Source: Myxococcales bacterium (lineage in GTDB: Bacteria; Myxococcota_A; Polyangia; Polyangiales; DASUME01). Taken from it: DNA of 64,000 nt. The stretch spans positions 8,192,001 through 8,256,000 of the forward strand of contig JASGJH010000001.1 in NCBI GenBank assembly GCA_047601445.1. Reading direction: 5' to 3'. The position numbers and the translations under genes are program-made. The number at the start of each line of letters is the position of its first letter. Within the stretch, counting starts at the first letter, position 1. Shown here piece by piece: positions 10,498 through 20,092 of the stretch. A model generated the notes under the pieces. The model saw nothing but the letters and a program-made list of their open reading frames with translations. It had not been told where the DNA came from and did not search any database.

Positions 10498-11093
10498 GCC
10501 TCCGGATGCATGTACTCAAATGGGGAGCCCGGCTACTTCTCATGGTGCTCGTGATGCCGGCACGGGCGCAGGAGGTTCCGCGTCCGCGCGCGCGCCCGGA
10601 GCCCTCGGTGGCCGAGGTGCTGCGGATGGCCCAGCGCGCCGCCTTGCAATCGAGCCCCGAGCGCACGCGGAGCCTGGTGCGGCGGGCGCGCCTTTCGGGC
10701 CTCGTGCCGACCCTCAAGCTTGGTGCCGAGCGTGGCTTGCAGCAGGACCTTTCGGCCTCTTCGGGTGGAGACACGGAGCGCACGAACTCGTCCCTGGGCG
10801 ACGACCTCAGTATCGACGCAGCGCTGACCTTCGAGCTGCCGCGCCTGGTGTTCGCGCCCGAGGAGGTGCGTCTGCTATCGGTCGATCGTTGGCTCGCCCA
10901 GGATCGCAAAAAGCTCTTCGAGGAGATCGTGCGGCTGTATTTTCAGCGCCGGCGCCTGCTCGCGGAGAAGGCCCGCGCCGCGGCGCCCGACCCCGAGCTA
11001 GAGCTGGCGCTTGCGGAGAGCGAAGCCTTGCTCGACGCGTTTACGGACGGTGCCTTCGGGGCGGCGATCCGGGCGCGCGCTGCTGCGGAATAG
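10494..11093 (+). CDS. Secreted protein resembling one TolC/OEP repeat
   Basis: Signal peptide; helix, LVPTLKLGA strand, strand, helix ...IVRLYFQ. Confidence 0.6.
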   Translation: MSLRMHVLKWGARLLLMVLVMPARAQEVPRPRARPEPSVAEVLRMAQRAALQSSPERTRSLVRRARLSGLVPTLKLGAERGLQQDLSASSGGDTERTNSSLGDDLSIDAALTFELPRLVFAPEEVRLLSVDRWLAQDRKKLFEEIVRLYFQRRRLLAEKARAAAPDPELELALAESEALLDAFTDGAFGAAIRARAAAE

Positions 11094-11120
11094 CCGCACG
11101 CGGGAGCGCGGCTGCCGAGT

Positions 11121-11744
11121 TCACTTCTGCTTGGTTTGAGCCACCAGGGAGCGAATCTCGCCGAGTACGTCATCGAGGGGACGCGGCTCTTCCACGGCGG
11201 CGGGTTGGGGCGTGAGGGTCCCCGCGCTCTTCTTCACCAGCGCCAAGTTGCTCGTCCCCGAGCGCACCCAGCGTGCGCCGTCACGCTCGAATACGCGGAG
11301 GGCCCCCTGGCTCATGCCCACTGGGCGCAAGAGCGCGCGCTGTTGAGGATCGGATCCGAACAGCAGCACCGTCTCGCCCACCGTAAAGCTCGGCTCTCCC
11401 TCGATGCGCATGCTGACGCCATTCACGGCTCCGCCGAGCTTGCGCACGACCACGCTGGCACCAGGGGCCAAATCGCCCTTCTCGGCCTGCTCTACCTGCA
11501 TCTGCACATCGGTCACGATGCGCCCGCGTTCGTCGTAGGAGCTCCGCTGGCCCATCACGCGTGCGAGCACCACGACCTGCGCCTCCTTCACGAGCTCGGA
11601 CAAGTCCATGGCCAAGACGAGCGAGGCACGGACGCTCGGGCTCACGACCAGCCACAGTCCTGCGGCGACCACGGCCGCTGCGACCATCCGTCGCACGCTC
11701 CTGCCCATTCGAGGCAAACGTTCACGCCAGCTGATTGTTTCCAT
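11121..11744 (-). CDS. Secreted hypothetical protein
   Basis: Signal peptide; LSELVKEAQVVVLARV...LGG...GEPSFTVGETVLLF; start uncertain. Confidence 0.65.
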   Translation of the reverse strand: METISWRERLPRMGRSVRRMVAAAVVAAGLWLVVSPSVRASLVLAMDLSELVKEAQVVVLARVMGQRSSYDERGRIVTDVQMQVEQAEKGDLAPGASVVVRKLGGAVNGVSMRIEGEPSFTVGETVLLFGSDPQQRALLRPVGMSQGALRVFERDGARWVRSGTSNLALVKKSAGTLTPQPAAVEEPRPLDDVLGEIRSLVAQTKQK

Positions 11745-11887
11745 TGTTAGCCCTCGGGTCCTCGGCACCCAGGCTACACCAGACAGGCTGGCGGCGCTGC
11801 CCCCCTGCCAGGCGGTCTGAACGGCCATACCCATGGACGTCCCGCACCATTGACAATCTGCAGTAGCCCCGCGTACAACGCCGCACC

Positions 11888-12826
11888 ATGACCGCCACGT
11901 CTCGTTCACGCGACCTCATTGCAGGAGTCGCTTCCATTCTTCTTCTGGCCGGCAGCACCGGCTGCAGCATGAGCAAGCTGGTCGCCAACCAGACCGCCGG
12001 CATGGTGCGCGATGGAGCACCCGCGCTCGACGCGCTCGGCGACTACGAGCTCGCCGTGCAGGGCATTCCGGGTGGCATCGTGCAGCTCGAAACCTTCTAC
12101 CACATCAGCCCGGACAACCCCGACCTCGGCCTGAACCTCGCGAAGGCCTACGTCGGCTACGCGCTGGCTTCGGTCGAACATCAGTACGAAGTTCAGGACG
12201 CCGCCGGCAACATGGACGCCGCCGACGAGCTTCGTGCGCGTGCGCGCTTCTTGTACCTTCGCGCCCGCGACATCGGGCTCCACCAGCTCAACGTGAAGAA
12301 GAAGGGCGTCGACGCGGCCGTGAAGGGCGGCGAGGCAGACCTCACGAAGTACCTGCAGAAGTTCAAGAGCAAGCACGATGCGCCCGCGCTGTTCTGGGCC
12401 GGCTCTGCCTGGGGCGCCGCCATCGACATGTCTCGCGACCAGCCTGATCTCATCGTGGATCTGCCGCTCGCGAAGGCCCTCGTGCAGCGCGCGTTCGAGC
12501 TCGACGAGTCCTTCTATCACTTCGGTCCCGGCATGTTCCTCGGCGCGGCCAACTCGGCTCTGCCCGAGGCCATGGGTGGCAACCCCACGCTCGGTAAGCA
12601 GTTCTTCGATACCGCACTCGAGAAGTCGGGTCGCAAGAACCTGATCATCCAGTTCCAGATGGCGCGCACCTACGCGGTGAACACCCAGAACAAGGAACTG
12701 TTCGACAAGCTGATCAAGGAAATCCTGGATGCTCCCGACTACGGCGACGAGTTCCGTCTGCCGAACCTGATCGCGAAGCACCGCGCCAAGTTCTACCAGG
12801 AGACGAAGGGCCCCGCGCTCTTCTGA
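11888..12826 (+). CDS. TRAP transporter T-component (TatT-like) lipoprotein
   Basis: Lipobox STGC; RARFLYLRARD, ALFWAGSAWG, LDESFY, LPEAMGGN; sits upstream of dctP. Confidence 0.85.
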   Translation: MTATSRSRDLIAGVASILLLAGSTGCSMSKLVANQTAGMVRDGAPALDALGDYELAVQGIPGGIVQLETFYHISPDNPDLGLNLAKAYVGYALASVEHQYEVQDAAGNMDAADELRARARFLYLRARDIGLHQLNVKKKGVDAAVKGGEADLTKYLQKFKSKHDAPALFWAGSAWGAAIDMSRDQPDLIVDLPLAKALVQRAFELDESFYHFGPGMFLGAANSALPEAMGGNPTLGKQFFDTALEKSGRKNLIIQFQMARTYAVNTQNKELFDKLIKEILDAPDYGDEFRLPNLIAKHRAKFYQETKGPALF

Positions 12827-12998
12827 GACCGTGCGATTGCGGGCTAGCTCACGAGTCCGTCAGTTCATCGAAAAAGCATTTGAATCACCCCAAGCACCCC
12901 AACGTCGCCGCCCTGGAATGGGCGCGTACGCTCGGGCCTCGCGTTCGAGTTGGGGATCCCAAATTACTTATCTGGCTGAGAAGCGGAGGATTGGAAAA

Positions 12999-14015
12999 AT
13001 GACGCGCAGGCTCTCGACAATGTTGCTGATCATCGGCGCCGTGCTGGCGCTGCCCGGCCTCGCCACCGTGGCCGCGGAAGGAAAGACGGTCATCCGCCTC
13101 GCCACCTTGGCTCCCGTGGGCAGCACGTGGGACCGGGTCTTCAAGGCCTGGAACAAGTCTCTCGGCGACCAAACCAAGGGTGCGGTCTCCATCCAGTTCT
13201 TCAACGGCGGCGTGGCCGGCGATGAGAAGGACGTCATCCGCAAGATGAAGCTCAACCAGATGGACGCTGGCGCGTTCACCACGGTGGGCCTCGCGCAGAT
13301 CGCTCGCCCGCTGTCGCTGCTCACCACGCCCGGCGTGATCGATGGCTACGAGCACCTCAACAAGGTGCGCCAAACGCTTGCCCCCGAGCTCGAGGCGATC
13401 TTCGACAAGGAAGGCTACAAGCTCCTCGGCTGGGGCGACGCCGGCTTCGGTCGCGTCATGTCGAACCGCCCCATCCTGATGCCCTCGGACTACAAGGCCG
13501 TGCGTCCGTGGGTGCCGCGCGACGAGGCTGCCTTCCCCGAGTTCATGAAGATCGTGGGCGCCAATGGCGTGCCCGCCGGCATCCCCGAGGTGTTCCCTGC
13601 GCTGCAGACCGGCATGATCGACACCGTCATGGTGTCCGCCATCGCAGCCGTGGCGCTGCAGTGGTTCCGCAACGTGAAGTTCGTGGCCAAGGAAGCCCAG
13701 ATCCCGATCGTCGGCGCGACCCTCATTCGCAAGGACTTCTTGGCCACGTTGCCGCCCGACCAGCTTCAGCACCTCACCGAGACGGGTAAAAAGGCCCACG
13801 AAGTGCTGCTGAAGCAGATCGCCAAGGAAGATGAGACCGCCTACAAGGCGCTCACCACCAAGCTCGGCCTCAAGGAGTTCTCCATGGGTGCCACTCCCGA
13901 GCAGGTCAAGGCCTGGGCGGATGTTGGCAAGGAGTTGCGCAAGCGTCTCACTGGCAAGCTCTGGACCGAGGAGTTCTACAAAAAGACCATGGATGCTGCC
14001 AAGAAGAAGGACTGA
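12999..14015 (+). CDS. dctP: TRAP substrate-binding protein DctP (TatP-like)
   Basis: GGAGG RBS; IRLATLAPVGSTW, GGVAGDEKDVIRKMK, LLGWGDAGF, EVFPALQTGMID. Confidence 0.92.
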   Translation: MTRRLSTMLLIIGAVLALPGLATVAAEGKTVIRLATLAPVGSTWDRVFKAWNKSLGDQTKGAVSIQFFNGGVAGDEKDVIRKMKLNQMDAGAFTTVGLAQIARPLSLLTTPGVIDGYEHLNKVRQTLAPELEAIFDKEGYKLLGWGDAGFGRVMSNRPILMPSDYKAVRPWVPRDEAAFPEFMKIVGANGVPAGIPEVFPALQTGMIDTVMVSAIAAVALQWFRNVKFVAKEAQIPIVGATLIRKDFLATLPPDQLQHLTETGKKAHEVLLKQIAKEDETAYKALTTKLGLKEFSMGATPEQVKAWADVGKELRKRLTGKLWTEEFYKKTMDAAKKKD

Positions 14016-14054
14016 GTCCTTCCGAGCCGACGTCTCCTGAGAGACGGCCTTGCG

Positions 14055-14092
14055 AACCGCGTCCTCCGATTGAAGGGCGCGGTTTTGTTTTT
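14055..14092 (+). terminator. Intrinsic terminator after dctP
   Basis: AACCGCG...CGCGGTT stem followed by TTGTTTTT. Confidence 0.8.
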
Positions 14093-14240
14093 GGCGGGGC
14101 ACATGGCTGGAGCATGGCGTGCGCGGGGCCGTGCGTGCCCGGGGATGGGCGCCCGCGGCGGCTCGTGTCCGCGAATGGGCGGGGCGCTTGGCGTTCCTGG
14201 CCAACGGCTTTCGCGCGCAGCCGTGAGGAAGCGCCCAGGT

Positions 14241-15266
14241 CTAGGGCTTCACTGGAACCGGTCCAGAGGCCGGTGCGGGCGCCCCGTCAGGTGCCGGCGT
14301 GGGGGCGCCGTTGGCGGCGTCCTGGGCGGCAGGCGCGCTGGGCTGGTCTGCTCCCATCGCTTCGCGCGGGGAGGGTGGCTTCGAACCGAACGCCGCGGCC
14401 TCGCCGCCAGTCAGCGCGCGTACCTGGGAGGCGATGGAGCAGTCCTGGGCCGCAGCTGTCTGGGCCCCCGCTGCGTAATGACCAGGCTTCACGCCCTCCA
14501 CGGCAATGCGCGCGGAGACCAATGCCCCCGCGGCCTGGGTTCGCGTCCGCAGCAGGAGCTGGTCGCTCTTGAGGTCCCACAGGTACACGTCCACCGGAGC
14601 GTCGCGCCGATTGGCCCCGCGCTCGACGGTCAGCATGAACCACTGCGCGTCCACCGCCTCCACCACGAACGGCAGGTCACGCTGGCTGCGTTGCTTGAGC
14701 TCCTCGGCGACCACACGCAGCTTCATCAGGCTGTCGGCGTCCTCCGCCTGCTTGATCCACTCGGGGTCGAGGAAGGAGCCCCGGGCCAGCAGCTCGCCCG
14801 CTGGTAGCGGGGCGAGGCCCAGGCAGCGTCCGATGGCATCCGGTGTTTCGTCGAGCTTGGCCTGGTCGAGCTTGCCGGCGTACGGGATCTGGCTCTCCTC
14901 GAGCCGCAGGTAGAGCCCCTTGCCGCTTCCCAGGGCATCCAGGCGCAGGCGCGGGTCCACGAAGGTCTCGGTTCGCGGCTGGCGAGCCGCCTCCTGGGTG
15001 TGCCTCCGGACCTTCTCGGTCACGCTCTCGTAGCGGGCCACCACGGGAGCCAGGTCCGTCCCGCGGGCCTTGAGGAGCGCGGCCCTGAGCACGTCGGTCT
15101 CCTGGCGCTCGCGCATCTGGTGGACCCCCACGGAGAGCACCAGGAAGCTGCCGATACCCAGGACCCACTTCCAGGCGATCTTGGGCATGTAAGCGGGGCG
15201 TTCATCCTCCACCTCGGGGCGAGCCGGGCGCAGATCGGGCGAGTCGTCGGTCATGGCTGTTTTCAC
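14241..15266 (-). CDS. Hypothetical single-pass membrane protein
   Basis: One N-terminal TM helix, 341-aa ORF, Pro/Ala-rich tail. Confidence 0.7.
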   Translation of the reverse strand: MKTAMTDDSPDLRPARPEVEDERPAYMPKIAWKWVLGIGSFLVLSVGVHQMRERQETDVLRAALLKARGTDLAPVVARYESVTEKVRRHTQEAARQPRTETFVDPRLRLDALGSGKGLYLRLEESQIPYAGKLDQAKLDETPDAIGRCLGLAPLPAGELLARGSFLDPEWIKQAEDADSLMKLRVVAEELKQRSQRDLPFVVEAVDAQWFMLTVERGANRRDAPVDVYLWDLKSDQLLLRTRTQAAGALVSARIAVEGVKPGHYAAGAQTAAAQDCSIASQVRALTGGEAAAFGSKPPSPREAMGADQPSAPAAQDAANGAPTPAPDGAPAPASGPVPVKP

Positions 15267-15325
15267 GCTAGAAGAGACAGTTTTCGGGGCGACAAGTTCG
15301 CGGAACCCACGCTCACGCTCGGATT

Positions 15326-15355
15326 AAAAGCGAAAGGCCCCGCATCGCGAGGCCT
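15326..15355 (-). terminator. Probable terminator after the aglS-like gene
   Basis: AGGCC...GGCCT stem with a T-rich tail on the minus strand. Confidence 0.55.
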
Positions 15356-15403
15356 CTAGCAGATTCGAGGATGTCCGCGCCTTCTTTCGAACGCGGCGAG
15401 ACT

Positions 15404-15949
15404 TCACTCGCCCGGCTTGCCCAACCGATTGACCGCGAAGCTGATGTTCGCGTAGCCAGCCTGGGCGCAGGAGAACATCACCTTCTTGATGACGCGGAAG
15501 TCGATCTTCTGATCGGCCTGCAGGATCACGATGCCCGCGAAGGGGTCCGTGGGGTGCAGGATCGACCAGTTGCGCTTCAGGGTCTCAAGGTCCTGGATCA
15601 GCGACTCCATGCGCTCCACGCGGGCGTCGGCCTCGAGCGTGCGGGTGTCGGCCATGCGGCGTCCGTCCAGCGTGATGACGTCTGGATTGATGGCGATGAC
15701 CGGCTGAGGCTCGAGATCCACCACGTTGGCGGCCTCGGGCATCTTGAGGTTCGGCTGCTGGGCGAGGAGCTCACCCGAAGCGCTGAACGAGGTCAGGAGG
15801 AATACGACGAGCGTCACGAGGAAGTCGATGAACGGCACGAGCGGAATCTCGTGGTCGACCGACTTCTTGCCGCCGCCGCCAACCTTCTTCTGGACGAACT
15901 TGAGCGGGATGCTCTTGAGGAGGACTTTTCCTGGTCTATGGATGGCCAT
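15404..15949 (-). CDS. aglS: ExbD/TolR family protein, AglS-like
   Basis: IPLVPFIDFLVTL (conserved TM Asp), ILQADQKIDF; MAIHRPGK start and FSASGELL recall M. xanthus AglS (from memory). Confidence 0.8.
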   Translation of the reverse strand: MAIHRPGKVLLKSIPLKFVQKKVGGGGKKSVDHEIPLVPFIDFLVTLVVFLLTSFSASGELLAQQPNLKMPEAANVVDLEPQPVIAINPDVITLDGRRMADTRTLEADARVERMESLIQDLETLKRNWSILHPTDPFAGIVILQADQKIDFRVIKKVMFSCAQAGYANISFAVNRLGKPGE

Positions 15950-15964
15950 GCTCTCGTCCGTCTT

Positions 15965-16441
15965 TCAAAGGGTCGCGCCGTCAGACAACGACATTGCCTC
16001 GTATCCCTGGCCCACCACCGTGTCCATCGCCTTCACGACGTCCACGTACTGCACTCCGTCTTCCGGAGCGACCGTGATGTCCTTCTTGTTCGGCTCGAGC
16101 TCGCGACGTTCCTTGAGCTTCTTGACGAGCTCTTCGACGTCGTAGCTGTCGCCGTTCTTCGGGATCTCGGTCTTCTCGCCAGCCGTGGTGGCCAACACGA
16201 ACCCAGTCTTCTGAACCTGCAGGATCAGCTTGATCTGCGGCTCTTCCGGTGGGGGCGTGTCCATCTGCGGCTGACCAGGCTGTTGCTGGTTGGCGTTCAG
16301 GCGCGCCAACTGGTTCCAGACCGCGGTAACGAGCAGGAACATAACGCAGCAGAGCAGTAGATCGATGAATGGAACCAGCGGAATGCTGTGATCCACACTC
16401 TTCTTTCCACCGTGTCCGCCACCAGCGCTAATACTTGCCAT
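15965..16441 (-). CDS. aglQ: ExbD/TolR family protein, AglQ-like
   Basis: GGKKSVD...LVPFIDL...TAVWNQLARL, VQYVDVVKAMD. Confidence 0.82.
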   Translation of the reverse strand: MASISAGGGHGGKKSVDHSIPLVPFIDLLLCCVMFLLVTAVWNQLARLNANQQQPGQPQMDTPPPEEPQIKLILQVQKTGFVLATTAGEKTEIPKNGDSYDVEELVKKLKERRELEPNKKDITVAPEDGVQYVDVVKAMDTVVGQGYEAMSLSDGATL

Positions 16442-16524
16442 GGAAGCACCTCACCATCGAAGCGCGCGGTTCCGCGCTGCGAGTAGTTGTTGCGACCCCG
16501 GGCCCCGAAAGGAGCCCGAGTAGA

Positions 16525-17178
16525 TCACGCAGCCTGCTGCAGCGTGGTCATGTTGATCTTCGAGCGGTTGCTCACGACCAGGTTGACGACCTGAACGGTC
16601 GCGCCGTTGATATCGTCGAGCAGGTGCTGGGTCTTGCCGTTGAGGAGCGCGAAGCCGATCAGCGCCAAGATAGCGGCCAGGAGGCCGAACGCGGTGCAGT
16701 TCATGGCTTCGGAAATGCCCTTCGCGAGCATGGTCGCCTTCGAGGAGGCGTCCGCGTTGGCGACGGCGCCGAACGCTGCGATGAGGCCCGTCACGGTGCC
16801 GAGCAGACCCGAGAGCATCGCGAGGTTCGCGAGCAGCGCGAGGTAACCGGTGCGCTCTTCGAGCTTGGGCAGCTCACGCAGGGCAGCCTCGTCCATGGCG
16901 GCCTGGACTTCGGAGTCCGGGCGGTTGACCTTCATCAGGCCCGCCTTGACGATGCGCGCGAGGGGCGCGTTCGCGGCCGAGCACATCTTGATGGCGCGAC
17001 CCACGTCGCCCGCGAGGATGCACTTCTGCATCGTGGCCAGGAACACGTCCTTGTTGATCGAGCTCTTGTAAACGAAGATCGCGCGCTCGACGATGATGCC
17101 GATAGCAAGGATTTGGAACAGCAAAATGGGGTACATGCCCCAGCCGCCTTCCTGGAAGTGATGCATCAGTGCTGACAT
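16525..17178 (-). CDS. aglR: MotA/TolQ/ExbB proton channel, AglR-like
   Basis: WGMYPI, SINK, GLLGTVTG, GISEAMNCTAFGL; GAGGAGG RBS. Confidence 0.85.
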   Translation of the reverse strand: MSALMHHFQEGGWGMYPILLFQILAIGIIVERAIFVYKSSINKDVFLATMQKCILAGDVGRAIKMCSAANAPLARIVKAGLMKVNRPDSEVQAAMDEAALRELPKLEERTGYLALLANLAMLSGLLGTVTGLIAAFGAVANADASSKATMLAKGISEAMNCTAFGLLAAILALIGFALLNGKTQHLLDDINGATVQVVNLVVSNRSKINMTTLQQAA

Positions 17179-17355
17179 GATCCGTGTCCTCCTCTGGTGC
17201 CGCTACGCGGCCAACGCTTTCAATCGATGCGTGTTCAATCACTCGCCCGCGCCTCCTCGAGAGGAGGACGGGCAAAAGCCGGTTCAATCAGAAGTCGCTC
17301 ACCTGACCTGGGGAAAGGTTCGACTCACAGGGGTCGAGCAGCGAGAGCCTCTCTG

Positions 17356-17401
17356 AATTTCGTCGCGAAAAGCTAGTAAAAACCCCTAAAAATCGCAAAT
17401 T
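17356..17401. promoter_or_regulatory. Phased A-tracts (curved DNA/UP-like element) upstream of aglR
   Basis: A-runs start at 17356, 17368, 17378, 17388 and 17397 in otherwise GC-rich DNA. Confidence 0.55.
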
Positions 17402-18272
17402 CCGCGCTCGGCGGTGAGAGCGGATGATACAGACCGAGTTCTGGGTGTCAACAGTGGAGTGAGGTCCACGACGGTTGACGGAGCCAGCGACGCGACGTGT
17501 CGTAAGTGCCGACGAAGACGGCACAAGTTCGCACGCGTGGCCTGGCTGGATTCCTACAGTAGAAGCACTCCCGGACGTGCGGTGACGAGGCCCCGAGCAG
17601 GCGATCGTGCGTTCCGCCCCACGCGAACGAAGTGCGATGTAGGGAAGCGTAAGCTCGGCGGCCCTGCGCCCGCGCGCGTCCGCGTCCATGGTCCGGCGAC
17701 CGCGCACCCCGACCGGGCAGCCACCCTGGGGGGCCTGGTCGGCGGGCTTCGAACGCAGCTTGTCCAAGGTCACTTGGTCCTTAGTGTCGCCTTGGGGGCA
17801 TAGGTTCCCGATTTGATCGCAACTTTGATCCCGGGGTGGTTCGGGCGGGGGAGGGGAAGCTCTCGGGGAGCAGGTGGGCGGAGCCGAGCGCGGTTTCGAG
17901 ATCGCCCGCGACCAAGGACGTCCGAAGACTTCACCCGCATGTCCGGGTCGCGACCGGACGGGTCCAGCCAGCCGATCGGGGCGAGACATAGGTCGCGCAG
18001 GCGCAAGAGAACGACATTGCGACGAAAAAACGCGCACCTTCGATCCTGACCTTCGTTGACAAGGCCGAAACTGGTGGGGTAGCGTCCTCTTGCAGTTGCG
18101 ACTCACGGGGGACGATGAGCGCGCGAAAAACTGGTCGCGGTCACAGAGGCCCGTTAGCCTTGGGGCGTCGCGGGTTTGGACTCTGGGTCGACAACGGTTT
18201 CTTCCCAGGCGCGCGGCGACGGCTTGAGCCGGGGGATTTGCAGCATTTGGGCACTCGAAAGGAGCCTAGCTG

Positions 18273-18902
18273 ATGGAAAAGGTCTGGGAGGCGCTGACGG
18301 ACGGAGCGCCGTTCTCGTTCATCAACCTGGCGGTTCTCGCCTTGGTGCTCGCGATCATTGCAGAGCGAGCGGTCTACATTCTCACCAAGTACCGCGTGAA
18401 TAGCCGCGAGTTCATGGCCCAGATCCGAAAGCTGGTGCAGGCCGGCAACATCGATCGTGCGGTGAAGCTTTGCGAGGCAGCCCCGCTGCCTCTGCTCCAG
18501 GTGGTGAAGGCGGGTCTCACGCAGGTGAACCGCGGCGAGGACGCCATCATCGCGTCTATGGAAGAAAGAATGTCGGAGCTCATGCCCGAGCTCGAGAAGC
18601 GCATCGGCGCTCTCTGGTCGCTCGCGAACATCGCGACCCTGATCGGCCTTCTCGGCACCATCTCCGGTCTGATTCGAGCCTTCGCGGCGGTGGCCTTCGC
18701 AGAGCCCTCGCAGAAGTCGGCGCTGCTCTCGAAGGGTATCTCGGAAGCCATGTACAACACCGCGCTCGGCCTCGGCATCGCGGTGCTCTGCATGATCTTC
18801 CACCTGATCCTTCACGGTCAGCAGAAGAAGATTAAGCTCGATATGGAGCGCTCGACCATGAAGCTCGAGAACCTTCTCACGCTGAAGGCGAAGCCCGAGT
18901 GA
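18273..18902 (+). CDS. MotA/TolQ/ExbB proton channel, second AglR paralogue
   Basis: AGGAG RBS; IGLLGTISG, GISEAMYNTALGL. Confidence 0.92.
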   Translation: MEKVWEALTDGAPFSFINLAVLALVLAIIAERAVYILTKYRVNSREFMAQIRKLVQAGNIDRAVKLCEAAPLPLLQVVKAGLTQVNRGEDAIIASMEERMSELMPELEKRIGALWSLANIATLIGLLGTISGLIRAFAAVAFAEPSQKSALLSKGISEAMYNTALGLGIAVLCMIFHLILHGQQKKIKLDMERSTMKLENLLTLKAKPE

Positions 18903-18903
18903 C

Positions 18904-19461
18904 ATGGCGAAGCTGACTTCGCAGCAGCGGGCGTACATCCGCCGGCGGACCAAGATCCACGAGCCAGATCCGTCGGAAATCGCGGGCGAACTCAACATCG
19001 TCCCGTTCCTCGACATCGTGGTGAACCTGATCATGTTCCTTCTCGCGACCAGCGAGGCGGTGTTGGCCATCGTTCAGATCGAGGCGCAGCTTCCCCAGCT
19101 CGGCGGGCGCGCAGGCGCGGGTGCGGCTCAGGAGCCGGGCCTCAACCTGAACGTCACCGTGACCGACGCCGGCGTCATCGTCACCGGCTCGGGCGGCAAG
19201 CTCGCACCGGGCTGTCAGGACGTTTCGTCCGGTCGCGTGCTCACGGTCCCGAAGGTCGGAAATAACTACGACTGGAAGGGGCTCACCGAGTGCGTCGCCA
19301 AGATCAAGGCCGTGCCGAAGTTCGCCGATGAGCACGACGTGATCATCGGTGCCGACCCCATGATCCACTACGAGCACGTGGTGGCCGCCATGGACGCGGT
19401 ACGTGGAGACGGCAAGAACGCACTCTTTCCCGATGTCCTGCTTTCGGCCGGCGTGCGCTGA
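18904..19461 (+). CDS. ExbD/TolR family protein
   Basis: GELNIVPFLDIVVNLIMFLL, IHYEHVVAAMD. Confidence 0.9.
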   Translation: MAKLTSQQRAYIRRRTKIHEPDPSEIAGELNIVPFLDIVVNLIMFLLATSEAVLAIVQIEAQLPQLGGRAGAGAAQEPGLNLNVTVTDAGVIVTGSGGKLAPGCQDVSSGRVLTVPKVGNNYDWKGLTECVAKIKAVPKFADEHDVIIGADPMIHYEHVVAAMDAVRGDGKNALFPDVLLSAGVR

Positions 19462-19480
19462 GGCATAAGGAGCTCCTGCT

Positions 19481-20072
19481 GTGTCCGAAGACAACGAGCC
19501 TTTTGCGACAGCTTCCCAGGTCAAGCGCATCATCCGCCGTCGCCTGGGCAAGCACACGCCTCACGAGGAAATGGGTCTGAACATCTATCCGATGATGGAT
19601 ATGATGACGATCCTCCTGGTGTTCCTGATCCAGAGCTTCGCCCAGTCGAGCGCCGCTAACGTGGTGCAGAGCGACGAGCTCCAGATCCCACAGTCCTCAG
19701 CTGAAGAAGACGTAGACGCCGCGCTCTCCATCACCATCTCCGGCAGCGGAGATCGTGGTCGAGGGCAAGCAGGCGCTCTCCCTGCGCAACGGCCAGGTGG
19801 ACCCGAGCCAGAAGCAGGGCGGCTCCAACGGCTTCCTGGTCACGCCGCTGTTGAACGTGCTTCAGCTCCACCGCGATCGCCTCAAGCTCATCGCGCAGAG
19901 TCAGGGTGGCCGTGCCTTCAAGGGCGAGGTGCAAATCATCGCCGACAAGCGCACGCCCTACCGCACCTTGGTCGAGGTCCTCTACACGATGGGCCAGGCC
20001 GAGTTCAAAGCCATGCGCTTCGTGCTGCTCAAGGGCGCCGGCGCGGGTGCCACGGCCGCCGCAGCCCACTAG
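19481..20072 (+). CDS. ExbD/TolR family protein, split by a +1 frameshift at about 19748
   Basis: LNIYPMMDMMTILLVFL in the first frame; IIADKRTPYRTLVEVLYT in the second. Deleting one G gives ISGSEIVVEGK. Confidence 0.85.
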
Positions 20073-20092
20073 GGCTGAGCGACCGCGCCCCT

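Noticed and set aside
17833..17856. G-quadruplex motif
   Set aside because: It matches the pattern, but such runs are common in high-GC DNA, so it is not reported separately
17288..18106. 272-aa and 129-aa ORFs in the motor spacer
   Set aside because: Arg/Pro/Ser-rich, no motifs and no clear RBS; a small real ORF cannot be excluded
19740..19760. Programmed ribosomal frameshift or true pseudogene
   Set aside because: No slippery heptamer and no other decay; the shared AGATC context with the other two sites favours sequencing error
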